A DNA stretch of 63,951 nt, counting the filler, from Licmophora abbreviata (lineage: Eukaryota): assembly GCA_900291995.1 (NCBI GenBank). It is 10 parts of 10 records of this genome, joined end to end, with 100 filler letters (N's around TTAATTAATTAA, not from the genome) between each part and the next. Parts side by side here need not be neighbours in the genome. Positions count along the whole stretch, not along the records: positions 1 to 17,088 come from OLMU01003361.1; positions 17,189 to 20,784 come from OLMU01003363.1; positions 20,885 to 22,916 come from OLMU01003364.1; 7 more parts are not named here. The stretch is one strand, 5' to 3'. Below the pieces are notes generated by a model. It saw only the letters and a program-made list of their open reading frames with translations, was not told the origin of the DNA and did not search any database. Made by a program: the position numbers and the translations under genes. Position 1 is the first letter of the stretch; every line of letters begins with the position of its first letter. Below, in pieces: positions 11,432 through 22,392 of this stretch.

Positions 11432-11609
11432 CGAACAGTCGAGGCCGCTCGCCAAGTCAATATCACGGTGAAGATGCATGTAAATTGATAATATGGGTAG
11501 CAAGCGACGTATTCTAGCAAAAGATAAAAAGACTGGACTCTGCCTCGTGTACGTGCTGGTCTCGTGTCCATTCATGCCATTCTCTGTTGACGTCCCCCTC
11601 ACTTGGGCA

Positions 11610-12569
11610 CTAGAGAGATTTCTTGGCACGTTTCGCCACCATGCGTTCCCTCGACTCTGTTACAAGCTGTGGTAGACTTCCCGCACGTGCCAGTTCTTTC
11701 AGGAGCTCCATGCAGAGTGGAATGTAGTTGTGACGACGACGCTGATTTTCAATCTTCCAATCATGCCGCTTCGATTCTTCGGCAGCAAGTTTGGCTTGCA
11801 CTTGGTGAATGGCTGCTTCATCCACACCCCCTAGAGTTGCCAACTGTTCCTGCAGCGGGACACGGCGATCTTGAGTGACAGCCATGAGATTGAACTTGAT
11901 CTCACCTGTCAAGGACCCCATGCGTTCTTGAATGGCGGTACGAGCGACGGTCATCCATGCAGTAGCAGCATTGTCTCCCTTTTCGTATTCACCAATGAGA
12001 ACAGGTCCCTTCTGAAGTCCATCCAGTTCATACACCTGATTGTCCATGGGAACGTACGCGACAAAGTGGAAGACGTCTTCGTCGCCCGTTGGCACGACAG
12101 TACGGCCTTCGGCCAGGAAGGCATCGCGGCGAGCAAAGCTGTTGTGAGCCTCCTTTATCTTGTCGCTGCTTCCAATGACCTCACCCTTGAGATCGGGAGG
12201 GAGAGAGGAAGTGAAGCTGCGCATCTCTGAAAGTGTCTCTCCCAGCTGGTCATTGAGACTCGGTGCATTCATAACGACACTCAACAAGGCTTGAGTAGCA
12301 CACGCATTGGTGGTGACTTGATGCGCAAAAAAGAGATTCTCTGGACACTCTTCCACGACAGTACGATTAGTACTCCCACTGATCATTCCACTCTTCCATT
12401 TGAACAAGAAAATGAGTCCATAGACGTCTCCCTGGTCGCACAGCAGATTCAAAGAGTCGTCATCGAGGCTCCAAAGCTCAGCGAGTTCGACGTGCTGGAC
12501 TCCGATCGTTTCTAGGAGTTCTGTGAACACACCAGGGTCACTTTCGATCGTACACCAATCGTCGGACAT
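11610..12569 (-). CDS. UCHL5: Ubiquitin C-terminal hydrolase UCH37/UCHL5
   Basis: WCTIESDPGVFTEL, GLIFLFKW, QVTTNACATQA, FHFVAYVP, YELDGL and C-terminal ENQRRRHNYIP. Confidence 0.95.
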   Translation of the reverse strand: MSDDWCTIESDPGVFTELLETIGVQHVELAELWSLDDDSLNLLCDQGDVYGLIFLFKWKSGMISGSTNRTVVEECPENLFFAHQVTTNACATQALLSVVMNAPSLNDQLGETLSEMRSFTSSLPPDLKGEVIGSSDKIKEAHNSFARRDAFLAEGRTVVPTGDEDVFHFVAYVPMDNQVYELDGLQKGPVLIGEYEKGDNAATAWMTVARTAIQERMGSLTGEIKFNLMAVTQDRRVPLQEQLATLGGVDEAAIHQVQAKLAAEESKRHDWKIENQRRRHNYIPLCMELLKELARAGSLPQLVTESRERMVAKRAKKSL

Positions 12570-12911
12570 TGCGAAGACTGGCCACGGTGGGGATATTGTG
12601 CAAGGAGAGAGGCGCCAGTGCTACCTGTAGCATATATCGGAGGGACATCAACAGCTCACTGTGAAAAAATGCTCCGTGTGTGGTCGAAAGATCGCAGTGT
12701 GCGCGCACCGCGCCGATCGAGAGGATCACGCGTCATGCCTTCATCAGAAACCATTTTGTGAGTAGAATCGACAATCGCTGCAACGGAACAACACTCCCAT
12801 AGTAGGACTCTAGCTCCAAGCACCATATGGTCTACCGTAGTATCGATCTCTCTAGTAATGAGGCGCTGCAATCAGGCCGCTTCGACCTAAAGTACGTATC
12901 TATGTTATCCA

Positions 12912-13781
12912 TCACAGCTTTTCAAACTCGTGAAATACCATGAGCAGGTTCCAGGATAGAAAAATCGGAACAACCACTGCAGGTCCCAACACCATGGGGT
13001 GTTCAAACACCAACCGATAGGAATGTCGCGATCGATAAAGAGCTGTGGGTGCCATGCCAAATTGCACAATCAGTATTCCAACGGGAACTAACACTATGAA
13101 CCCAATCAAGTGCCAGATCAGAAGAAAGAGAGGCTCTTGCGTAAAGAATGGACTCTTGTCGTTTGTGTTCGCAGTCGACTGCATATACAGAATCCACCAT
13201 GCGGAACATCCATACATCATGTCTGGAAAGGCCGTACCCCATGCAAAGGCCGTTGGAAACAACCCCATGTTCCACTTGATCAAGGACCCCACTGCAAGAA
13301 CACGTAGACCTTGCAAGGGTATCACGGTTGTCCTGACAGACTCCAGCACATTGTAGAGTATCTCAGAAGGTAATGTAAGTTGAAACATGATTTGTTGTAG
13401 AAATAGTGGAAATAACGGAAGCCAAAGCATAGGAAAGGCACGCAGAAAGTCGTCACGGGCAAAATACTGATATGTGCGTCCCAAATGATGTACACCGGCG
13501 GCCCATGCGATCTGTCCGATAGGGACCGTGAGTAGTACGAGTGCCTCCTGGGTGGTGATTCTTTCATTCTTGAAGGAGGCGCCAATGACAGCCAGTAGTA
13601 TGAAGAGCATCTGAATGACAAAGAGGTACAGCAGCGCGGATCGTTTCTTGGCGTGATGATGATGGTATGAGACTTCGCTGAGAAGTGGCGTGGCTTCACT
13701 CATGTCTTGTGGTGTAATGGTCAATATAGCTTGTTCGTCTTGGACTATAGTAACTTGAGGATATCTTCCGTATGAGTACAT
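12912..13781 (-). CDS. Multi-pass membrane protein of unknown function
   Basis: 289-aa intronless ORF with about 7 hydrophobic segments; LQGLRVLAVG, FAWGTAFPDMMYG, HPMVLGPAVVVP. Confidence 0.7.
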   Translation of the reverse strand: MYSYGRYPQVTIVQDEQAILTITPQDMSEATPLLSEVSYHHHHAKKRSALLYLFVIQMLFILLAVIGASFKNERITTQEALVLLTVPIGQIAWAAGVHHLGRTYQYFARDDFLRAFPMLWLPLFPLFLQQIMFQLTLPSEILYNVLESVRTTVIPLQGLRVLAVGSLIKWNMGLFPTAFAWGTAFPDMMYGCSAWWILYMQSTANTNDKSPFFTQEPLFLLIWHLIGFIVLVPVGILIVQFGMAPTALYRSRHSYRLVFEHPMVLGPAVVVPIFLSWNLLMVFHEFEKL

Positions 13782-14243
13782 TGTTTTAGGAAACGATGGA
13801 AAGATGAAGGTGTCAAGGGTACTATCGTCGTCGATGTCGTTCCAGGTCGATCAAAGAACATCAATGAGAGTGTCGATCTACTACGAGTAACGAAAGCATC
13901 ACATCATTGCAATGATTGTTTAACAGTTAAGGTGAATTTTGATATGAGTAATACAAGAAACGAGGTCATCATGTCATCGCGACTGCTTTTCTATCGCCGC
14001 GCGCGCACATCATCATGCTGTAGGTTTTGAGGCGCGCCAACCCGGAGAGGATTTAATTGCGTCCGTCCGACGCTCGTTGTCGTCAGATCTCTTCGAAAAC
14101 GTCAAAAATCCAAAATCGGAGAGATCATCCCGACGAGATTCAAGATGTGAACCGTGATGTGATCTCAAGATCCCGACGAGACCAAGACGACATGAGAACC
14201 GCTGAATAGCCCCACAGCACAGCATCCAGCCACACTCCATACC

Positions 14244-15935
14244 ATGCTTTCGCCATCCTTTGGTAACCTTGGTCGGGTCGGTGTCACCTGGCGGCTGGGT
14301 ACCCATAGCAGGTGTCTTGCGTTCCTGCCTCGCCATCATGCATCATCTTCTTCTTCTTCACTGACGTCCAACAGCAGCAGCAGTACGATCCAGCAGCAGC
14401 AGCAGCAGCAGCAGCCTCTTGCCCCTGTCAAACTCGGTTTGGGTGGACAAAATTACGCACGGTTGGAACCACAGCGCTACCAAAGCATTGTTCAGACTGC
14501 CATCGATGCCGGTATCAATGTACTGGAGGCAGGCCAAGACGGCGATGCGGCGCTTGCTGCAGCTGTCAAGGACAGATTGCCTCTGAAAACAACAGTGACG
14601 GTGAGATATGGCTATCGGACGCTCCAACACTCGCAGCCGGATGTAGATGCTCACAGAGAAGCCGGAGACATTACTGTCGAAACGCAGCGGAAAGATTATG
14701 AGAGTGCGGAAGAAGCCGTCGAGCAAGCTTCAGCTAGTACATCATCCGATGACGATGATGGAAGTACTAGCAGTAGGAGCAGTAGTCAGAAGGATGTAAC
14801 GGAAATTGTACACAACATTTCGCCGGGGTACATTCAAAAGACTCTAGAGCAGTCGGCTTTGGTGCAACTGAGACAAAGCAACAACGACAACACCAGCATG
14901 GAGCTAGTGTACATGCTTCACAATCCCGAAGTTCATGTCGATGCGAGCAATCAAAGTACACTCTTGGACAAATTGACGGACTCGTTTTGTGGTTTGGAAC
15001 AGGCCGTCTTGGACAAGCAAATTAGTAGTTTCGGAGTTGTGAGTAATGGATTGTCACTACCCCCCGATCATCCCTTGCACTTGCCGTGGAGGACTGTACT
15101 CTTGGAAGCTGCAAGTCGAGCGGCGCGGGAAGTTACACAGAACGAGTCGAGTTTGAGTACGATTCAGCTTCCCATGAATGTCTTGGAACCGAATGGACTG
15201 CAAGTTGCCAAGGATGTTCAGGCATACTTACAACAGTCTACGAAGCAGCCCAACTTGCCCTCTTCATTGAATGTGTACGGTATGCGTCCACTCACGTGCT
15301 ATTTGGATTTTGGAATGGGAAGTGTGCAGCAGCCCTATCGTATGATTGACTATCCGATTAAAATGGGAGACAAGATTGTGTACACGAACGAGTTGGAAGG
15401 ACCACCGCTGACCTATCAAAAAGCGCTGAACGAAGCAATGTCACACTTTGACGGAACGCAATTGCTGGAGGCAAAGGAAGAGCGGGATCTGACGGTGGAA
15501 GAAAAGGAAACCTTGGAGGGGTGTCGGTTGTTGCAGTCGATTCTTCATGATTTGGATGTCGGATTGGAGAAAGTATCGAGTTTTGCCCAACACGAGGATG
15601 AGTTGGTCAGCAAGGTCATTCCCATTATCCATGGCCATTTTGAAGAGTTTGACGAAGAAAGCAGCGACGTGCTACAGCACTTCTTTCACGCCCATGGGTT
15701 GGCAGTCCGCCATGCGATTGCCAAGCACATGCGAGAATTGTTGGAAAAGGGGACGGAGACGGTCAAGCCGTACGTAGTGCCAAAGGATATGAAACTGCAA
15801 GAGTTTGCCCTGGATCAACTGTTGAAGGAGGAAGCCGTGACCAAGGTGATTGTCGGCTGTTCTCACCCCATTCAAGTGTTGGAGCATGTTGAAGCCGCAA
15901 GAGCGCTGCTCCACACTTCCAGTCAAAGAACGTAG
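14244..15935 (+). CDS. Aldo/keto reductase-like protein with organellar-type presequence
   Basis: KLGLGG, AIDAGINVL, HNISPGYI...LEQS, YMLHNPE, ISSFGVVSN, IQLPMNVLE, VIVGCS. Confidence 0.75.
   Translation: MLSPSFGNLGRVGVTWRLGTHSRCLAFLPRHHASSSSSSLTSNSSSSTIQQQQQQQQPLAPVKLGLGGQNYARLEPQRYQSIVQTAIDAGINVLEAGQDGDAALAAAVKDRLPLKTTVTVRYGYRTLQHSQPDVDAHREAGDITVETQRKDYESAEEAVEQASASTSSDDDDGSTSSRSSSQKDVTEIVHNISPGYIQKTLEQSALVQLRQSNNDNTSMELVYMLHNPEVHVDASNQSTLLDKLTDSFCGLEQAVLDKQISSFGVVSNGLSLPPDHPLHLPWRTVLLEAASRAAREVTQNESSLSTIQLPMNVLEPNGLQVAKDVQAYLQQSTKQPNLPSSLNVYGMRPLTCYLDFGMGSVQQPYRMIDYPIKMGDKIVYTNELEGPPLTYQKALNEAMSHFDGTQLLEAKEERDLTVEEKETLEGCRLLQSILHDLDVGLEKVSSFAQHEDELVSKVIPIIHGHFEEFDEESSDVLQHFFHAHGLAVRHAIAKHMRELLEKGTETVKPYVVPKDMKLQEFALDQLLKEEAVTKVIVGCSHPIQVLEHVEAARALLHTSSQRT
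14391..14414 (+). repeat. (CAG)8 microsatellite encoding polyQ
   Basis: Eight tandem CAG units in the N-terminus of the AKR-like ORF. Confidence 0.9.
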
Positions 15936-16652
15936 TACGACGGTGGTTTTGGCACTTTGTCATTACCCATCCATCCATAGTAGCTTGCGTTGGCCTAAAT
16001 CGTCTAAATCGTTCTACAACGTTTTGGAGCTGGAAGACACACTCCTTAGAAGTGGTTCTGTCTGCCGGTAGTAGAGACCGTGTTGGAAGTCTTTCACTAG
16101 TCTGCTAATAGCGGGAATGGATCGAGCTTCGATTTCCGATCTGCGAGGTCGGTCCATCGGACACCGCGCAAAAAGCGCGTAGATTCATCGTGTCATTGTT
16201 TCGTGGAGGGCTCGCAGTGGTATGATACAGTTGTACGCATTTTCTACGTGTGTTTCCCTCCAAGCCATCAGTCATCGCTGCGCGCGCCAGCATCGATCCC
16301 GAACCACACTCTCCGCTCCTCATCCTCTCGATGAGGGAGTGTAGGGAGGGCCGTCTTAGTCTTTTGCTCGATATTTGTGAAGTCTTGGAAGCTTTTGTTC
16401 AACACCCAGGCCATTGAATCCTTGGAACGCCATGATTGGTCAATAAGAGTGGACTCCAGCGATAGAAAGAGCCCCAGACGCTCTCGCCTTTAGACCCCGT
16501 AGGGTTTGACAAAGATATTCACGTAGAATCTCTACCACAGTTCACGTACAGGAAAAGTCCCAAACCGCGTCGGAACCTTTTGTGTCGAGAACCTAGACTG
16601 CTGTTTCTCTCTTCGGCACCACGACTTGATCACTCTTGTACCAGGGAGTAGC

Positions 16653-17088
16653 ATGACGAGGATGATGCGATCAACTTGCTTTGCAGCAAGGGACGATGAT
16701 AGTGTCGCGGGAGTCAGTACGGCCGACTCGGTCGCGACGACCACTGCACCCTCGGACAGTACCGCGCGTCATCACGATGATAATTTGCGACCCATTCTGG
16801 TGGGCTATGCGTTTGGACCCAAGAAGATGAGCACCATGGGAATCATCATGGCAGAAGCATCCAAGGCCCAGCTTTCCTCGTCGGTCATTACTGCCGAAAT
16901 ACCTGTCACGATTGAAACGACAGCAAGACCGATCAGCAGCAGCAGCAGTGCGAGCAATGGTAGTGCCACCGAGGCAACGCTGGTGCAAGAAGCGTCGATC
17001 ACTACTGCGGCTACCGACAAGTCCTCCTCTTCCCATATTCCTTTGACGAGTGCAGCATTGGCGCGTGCTCAGTCTCCCCGCACGCATC
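16653..17088 (+). CDS. ITPK1: Inositol-tetrakisphosphate 1-kinase-like, N-terminal fragment truncated by a gap
   Basis: ILVGYAFGPKKMSTM matches the ITPK1 N-terminal VGYAxxxKK motif; the ORF runs into the N spacer. Confidence 0.55.
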
Positions 17089-17188
17089 NNNNNNNNNNNN
17101 NNNNNNNNNNNNNNNNNNNNNNNNNNNNNNNNTTAATTAATTAANNNNNNNNNNNNNNNNNNNNNNNNNNNNNNNNNNNNNNNNNNNN
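17089..17188. other. Artificial scaffold gap spacer
   Basis: N44-TTAATTAATTAA-N44; both flanking genes are truncated, so the true gap is far larger than 100 bp. Confidence 0.97.
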
Positions 17189-18025
17189 GAGAACTTCTTG
17201 CGACATGCAAGCCTTCTGCAAGTCATCATGAAGACAAAAATCGTAGCGTACTGCAAACCGAATGGCTCGCAACACACGAAGAGGATCGTCGTGAAAGGTT
17301 GTGTGCGGATTGAGCGGCGTTTCGATAACGCCTTTTCTCAAGTCCTCCAAACCTCGTCCAGTCCAGTCTTCCACTTGATCGGTCCGTAAGTTGAAAAATA
17401 GAGCATTGATGGTAAAGTCGCGTCGCTCCGCATCTTCTTTGGGGCTACCAAACTGTGTTGTGGGAATACGAGAGCCTGGCAGGTAGACCTCTTGCGATCG
17501 AAGATTGCAAAAGTCCACATCGATTCCAAAAACATCCATAGTGGCCGTCTCCAAATGTTTCGACTGGGACGGGTTCGCCGCAATGACTCCCATCTTGTGT
17601 ACTTCATCAGGAGCATGCTGCTGTAGATACTTTTGCACTACTGTTGCGAATTCGACTCCCGACATGCTGTCAATGGCAATGTCGACATCGTGCGTCTGCA
17701 GTCCCAGAATCTTGTCTCGGACCCATCCTCCCGCCACGCGAATTTCAATTGCATGAGGCGATCTGTGATTATTCCTGTTCTTTGCGTCCTCCAATGTGAC
17801 ACTGCCTGCCGCGAAGGCATCCGCTGCCTTCACTAGCGTCTCAAAGAGTTTCTCTTCTTGATCCGTCAACCAGATGATGACAATGCGATCGTCTGCCACG
17901 CTTGGATGAGGGTGGTCAGGATCGCCCTCGGTAAACACGATGGTTGCGACGGACGCTGTCGGGATCTGGATGGCCGAGAAAGAACTCGAGCGGCGACGAA
18001 CCGGTGGGGAGCGAGGAACGTCCAT
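17189..18025 (-). CDS. CCA1: CCA-adding tRNA nucleotidyltransferase (class II), 3'-truncated by a gap
   Basis: RVAGGWVRDKILG, DVDIAID, SKHLETA, EDAERRDFTINALF, DDPLRVLRAIRF. Confidence 0.93.
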
Positions 18026-18746
18026 TAGGAAGGGAAGATTCGATATTGGTGGGCTGACGTGCCGATTCGTGTCACAGCGCCGCCGTCGTGAAGAAGTCTT
18101 GCACTACAGTGTGTCTGTTCAGGCTTCTTGCCTCTATCGCGGTCAGATCTTTTTTGTGCAAGACCGAAATTTATATCTGAACATTTGTTGCAGAGATGAA
18201 CTATTCTCTTCTGAGCATATGTAGCAGGAAATGGAGGTAGAGTGTCATGCTGTCGCGTTTGGCTATCATTGTGATCTCGTCGCCGTCGCCGGTCGTCGGG
18301 AGATCTGAATTTCGAAATTCGAGCTCAAAACTGAGGAAAAAACTCATATTCCCACCCTTTGGGCTATCACACCCTCATTCAGATGCGGCAATCACGGCAT
18401 CATCGGCGTTCTCCGCAACTCTTCGGGCTTCGACTGTGGATTTGGCACTACCCTCTAGCCTTCCGCTCTTCCGGGCAATGGATGACACAATCCGGGTAAA
18501 CGAGAAGCGATAGATGATATGTGTAGATCTTGTCGGAAAGACACCTTGAGAGAGCTTCTTTAAAAGATGGCAAGGGCCTCCATGGCTTCTTTAAATGATG
18601 CATCGCAAGAGACGAATATCAGAACCACCAGATAGAAAAGACACTGTCGCTGTGAATAAGACTTATTATGAAATGACATACCATCATCGTGACACACATC
18701 TCCCCGATGACCAAAATATTTGAACCCAGCGTCAGACACACAAGTG

Positions 18747-19709
18747 CTAGTCGCCTTGTGAGTGCTCTTCCTCTCGCGACCACCACAATGGATCCTCCTC
18801 ACTTCGAGAGGCCCATTCCTCTTGGACAGATTCAAAGTCGACGGAACCGTCGTCCCGTGCCGGCGTATCTCTCTTCGGTGTGAGTCCAAGCCCACCCCTC
18901 AGCTTGGACCAAATCGAGTCCTGGGTGGTGTCGTGGATACCTTCCTGCATAATGAACGAATTATCATGTTCCGATGTCCAATGTGGCTGTCCGTTGGCGA
19001 GCAATGGATCATCCAGTGCGTTGTTGCGGTCTGGATTTCTTACGCTGTGTCGCCACCACCAGGGTCGATCGGATCCTCGTCGTCGCGGCGAAGCAGCAAA
19101 AGAGACTTCGTTTTCCCGCTCTTCTTGCAAGACCATCCATCGTCTCGTAGCAATCCACCGAAAAGTCTCAATACAAAATAGCGTCAACAACGATACCCAC
19201 AGCGCATGGTGACGACTATCGAGAAAGAGCCACAAGCGCTTGGACAAATGCAACGTGCTGGCATGATTTGCAAGGTATCGAAACACCTTGGCATGGATGC
19301 TGCCGCAGAGAATGCACAGAACCAGCAGGATAAGAATAATGCAGGGAGAGAGATAGTTGACATTCATCCTAGTTCCACAGGAACGGAATTGCGGGATTCT
19401 CATTCCCACAAGACCCAAGACGCCTCGAAGGAACAAGAGCGAGCCGATAGACAGCGACAGCGCAACGATGGTGCGGACATGAACGGAAGACGATTCCTGC
19501 AACAAAATAATGCCATAGAGCAATAACAAGAATCCCGTAAGACTGTCTATTGCCAGCCAGGCTCGAAGGAAAGACGTGCCGATGCTCGCTGTTCCCTGCT
19601 GTTCTGCGACGTCGTCGCGTCGCGCGCTTGTGTAGCTCTTGGGGTCATTTCTGTGGCTCAAATTTTCCTTTTTGGTTGCCGCTGTTGCCCATGGATTATC
19701 GTCGTCCAT
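18747..19709 (-). CDS. Four-TM (tetraspanin-like topology) hypothetical protein
   Basis: 320-aa ORF with four hydrophobic helices and a C-terminal VDFESVQEEWASRSEEDPLWW motif. Confidence 0.7.
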   Translation of the reverse strand: MDDDNPWATAATKKENLSHRNDPKSYTSARRDDVAEQQGTASIGTSFLRAWLAIDSLTGFLLLLYGIILLQESSSVHVRTIVALSLSIGSLLFLRGVLGLVGMRIPQFRSCGTRMNVNYLSPCIILILLVLCILCGSIHAKVFRYLANHASTLHLSKRLWLFLDSRHHALWVSLLTLFCIETFRWIATRRWMVLQEERENEVSFAASPRRRGSDRPWWWRHSVRNPDRNNALDDPLLANGQPHWTSEHDNSFIMQEGIHDTTQDSIWSKLRGGLGLTPKRDTPARDDGSVDFESVQEEWASRSEEDPLWWSREEEHSQGD

Positions 19710-20116
19710 TTTAAGAAGGTATGAAACACGTAATTAAGTGAAAAGAGAGGATAGGAGAGACATGCAAGGGGCACGAAGAGCGTTAGAAGGTGCGGTACAG
19801 TCACACTAATGTCGTTGTTGTGTGTGAAGAACGCGAGTTCGTCATTCACGAGAGAGGCGCGCGGCAATTTCAGTGACGAAATCTTGAAAATTCGAGCTCG
19901 AATATACTTCAACTGATTTTGAAGTGCGTAGCTCTCCGTACAACTTGTACGCAACACGTCATCATACTCTTGCGAGGAGGAAAAGCTGCTCTCTTTCTGG
20001 TGTTCATTTCAACACAAAATCGAAATCGGTGGCGCAAGATTGGAATGCTGAACAGAGTCGTCTTGTCGGGGCGTCCCTCTTGTTTGCATAGATCGCTTGG
20101 CTTGCGGGCGGATAGT

Positions 20117-22306
20117 ATGCACTTTCGTCGGTTGTGCTGGACGACCTTGTCTCTCTGGACGACAGCACTTTCATCGCGAGCAGCGCCGGCTCAAGCCTTT
20201 TCGGCGGCTTCCTCTAGCGGCAACAACATGTCATCCCTGTCCACAGTCGAATCATCCTTTTCGTTGGATCCACCGGGTACGTTGGAACCGGTCCAAGAGA
20301 TACTGGAGAACTCCTGGGTGCGGCAGCTGTCCCCCGAGACACCCGAGAATCTGAAAAAGTCGCGTGGTGTCGAGCGACTCATTGAGCTCGATGACAATCG
20401 CACGAAACGGCCCGTGTACAATGGACACTACGTATTGGTGAAACCGACGGGATTGATGAAGCCTCGTCTAGTCTTGTATTCTCCCAAAGTGGCGGAAATG
20501 CTCCATCTGACTCCCGATCAGGTGGAATCGGCGGACTTTCTGAACTATGTCAGTGGCAACCTAGCAATTGGCGAAACGTGGGCAACGCCCTATGCGCTGA
20601 GTATCATGGGAACGAGATACACAAATAATTGTCCTTACGGATCAGGAGATGGCTATGGTGACGGTCGAGCCATAAGCATTGGGGAATTCGGTGGCTATGA
20701 ACTGCAGTTGAAGGGAGCCGGCAAGACCCCCTTTCACAGAGGCGCCGATGGACGAGCCGTGTTGCGGAGCAGCATTCGTGAATTNNNNNNNNNNNNNNNN
20801 NNNNNNNNNNNNNNNNNNNNNNNNNNNNTTAATTAATTAANNNNNNNNNNNNNNNNNNNNNNNNNNNNNNNNNNNNNNNNNNNNTCAGTGGCACAGCTTG
20901 GAGTGCGAACGACGCGTGGCTTGTCGCTCGTAGTGAGTGGCGTGAACACATCACAGCGACCGTGGTACTCGGAGAATTCCAAATTACAGTTGCCGACCAT
21001 GGACGATCCTCGACTGTCCCAATACACGGAGGAACAGAAGCGTCAGATCCTATCACAGCTGCGTAACGAAAAGGCCGATCCCAACTTGATGATTACCGAG
21101 CCGAATGCCATCACGTGTCGTGTAGCTCCTAGCTTTACACGAGTTGGGCATTTCGACTTGTTTGCGCGTCGTGCCGAAAAGGCAAGCATTGCGAATGCGG
21201 ACAAGACGAACAGTAAGTATGATACTAGTACAAATGAATGGAAGGAGCTCGAGCAACTGGTGTGGCATGGATGCTATCGAGAGTTCCTGGAAGAAGCCTA
21301 CGATCCATTCATTGAGGAGCAGGATATTGCTGGTGCGGCCACGGTCATGCTGGAACAAGCAGCCGAACGTCTTTCGAGCATGGTGGCTTCCTGGGTTCGT
21401 GTGGGTTTTGCACAAGGAAATTTCAATGCCGATAACTGCCTCATTGGTGGGCATACGATGGACTACGGGCCTTTTGGGTTCATGGACGAGTACAGTCCTT
21501 TGTTTGCGAAATGGTAAGTCACGAAAATGCAGGTCTGCTGTTGGTCGACGTAATGGCGTGCTCAAGTGCTACCATTTAACTCTCTCTACATCAGGACGGG
21601 TAGTGGCAATCACTTTGGCTTCATGAACCAGCCTAGTGCTGGATTTGTCAACTACCAGGTGCTGGTGGAAAGTGTTGTCCCGGTAATTTGCGCTGCGCAA
21701 AAGGATGAAGATGCGGAGGCGGTCATCAAGAACTTCATGGAGCGTGCACAGGAGCTATTCATGGGAAAGGTCGATGAAATGTTCAGTATCAAGATGGGAC
21801 TGGCTCCCGGCAATGAGGCAAGCGAAGATTTGTGGCAGAACTTAGAGCCACTGATGCGAACCACTCGGGTGGATTGGACCATTTTCTGGCGACGGTTGTA
21901 CGAAGTGTCCAGGGACTTCGATTCCGACTCTACGGACTATGAAGGCATGCTGGAGAAGTTGGTCGGAATCGGGGACAGCGGCTCATTCTATGAGACACTT
22001 ACTCTCGGGCAGCGTAGGCAGTATTTGGCGTGGATTGAGCAATGGAGAGATGTCGTCAAGGACGAAGATGGCGCGACGGAACGGATGCGTCTTGCGAATC
22101 CCAAGTACGTCCTTCGGGAGTGGATGTTAGTAGATGCATATTCTGCTGCGTCGACTGGTGACGAAGACGTGCTAAAGGACTTGTTCGAATTGATACAAGA
22201 GCCCTACAAAGAAGGTAGCACTCGACAGTCCGAGTCCTTCTTTGTTCGCGCGCGCGAAGAGGCGTTGATGGCGGGCGGGACTGCGTTTATGTCATGATCC
22301 TCGTAG
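20117..22306 (+). CDS. SELENOO: Selenoprotein O (protein adenylyltransferase) with Sec encoded by TGA 22295-22297; spans gap 20785-20884; intron 21514-21594
   Basis: YGDGRA, QLKGAGKTPFHRGADGRAVLRSSIRE, GFAQGNFNADN, DYGPFGF, NPKYVLREW; 3' end ATG TCA TGA TCC TCG TAG = M-S-U-S-S-stop; alternative ATG at 20045. Confidence 0.93.
20785..20884. other. Artificial scaffold gap spacer inside SelO
   Basis: N44-TTAATTAATTAA-N44; only a few codons (LASEAM-like) appear to be missing. Confidence 0.97.
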
Positions 22307-22392
22307 TCGTGCAGTGTACGCCGTTCTGATAAGAGGACGGCACGCTGCACGCGCAGACTGCAATCTCCTTGGGGCTGTTGAAATTTGGTGTC

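Noticed and set aside
5775..12569. ZNF598, TMEM208 and UCHL5 as a protein quality-control cluster
   Set aside because: They act in different pathways and are interrupted by an unrelated gene; chance is an adequate explanation
16653..18025. ITPK1-CCA enzyme fusion
   Set aside because: They are on opposite strands and separated by a gap of unknown size
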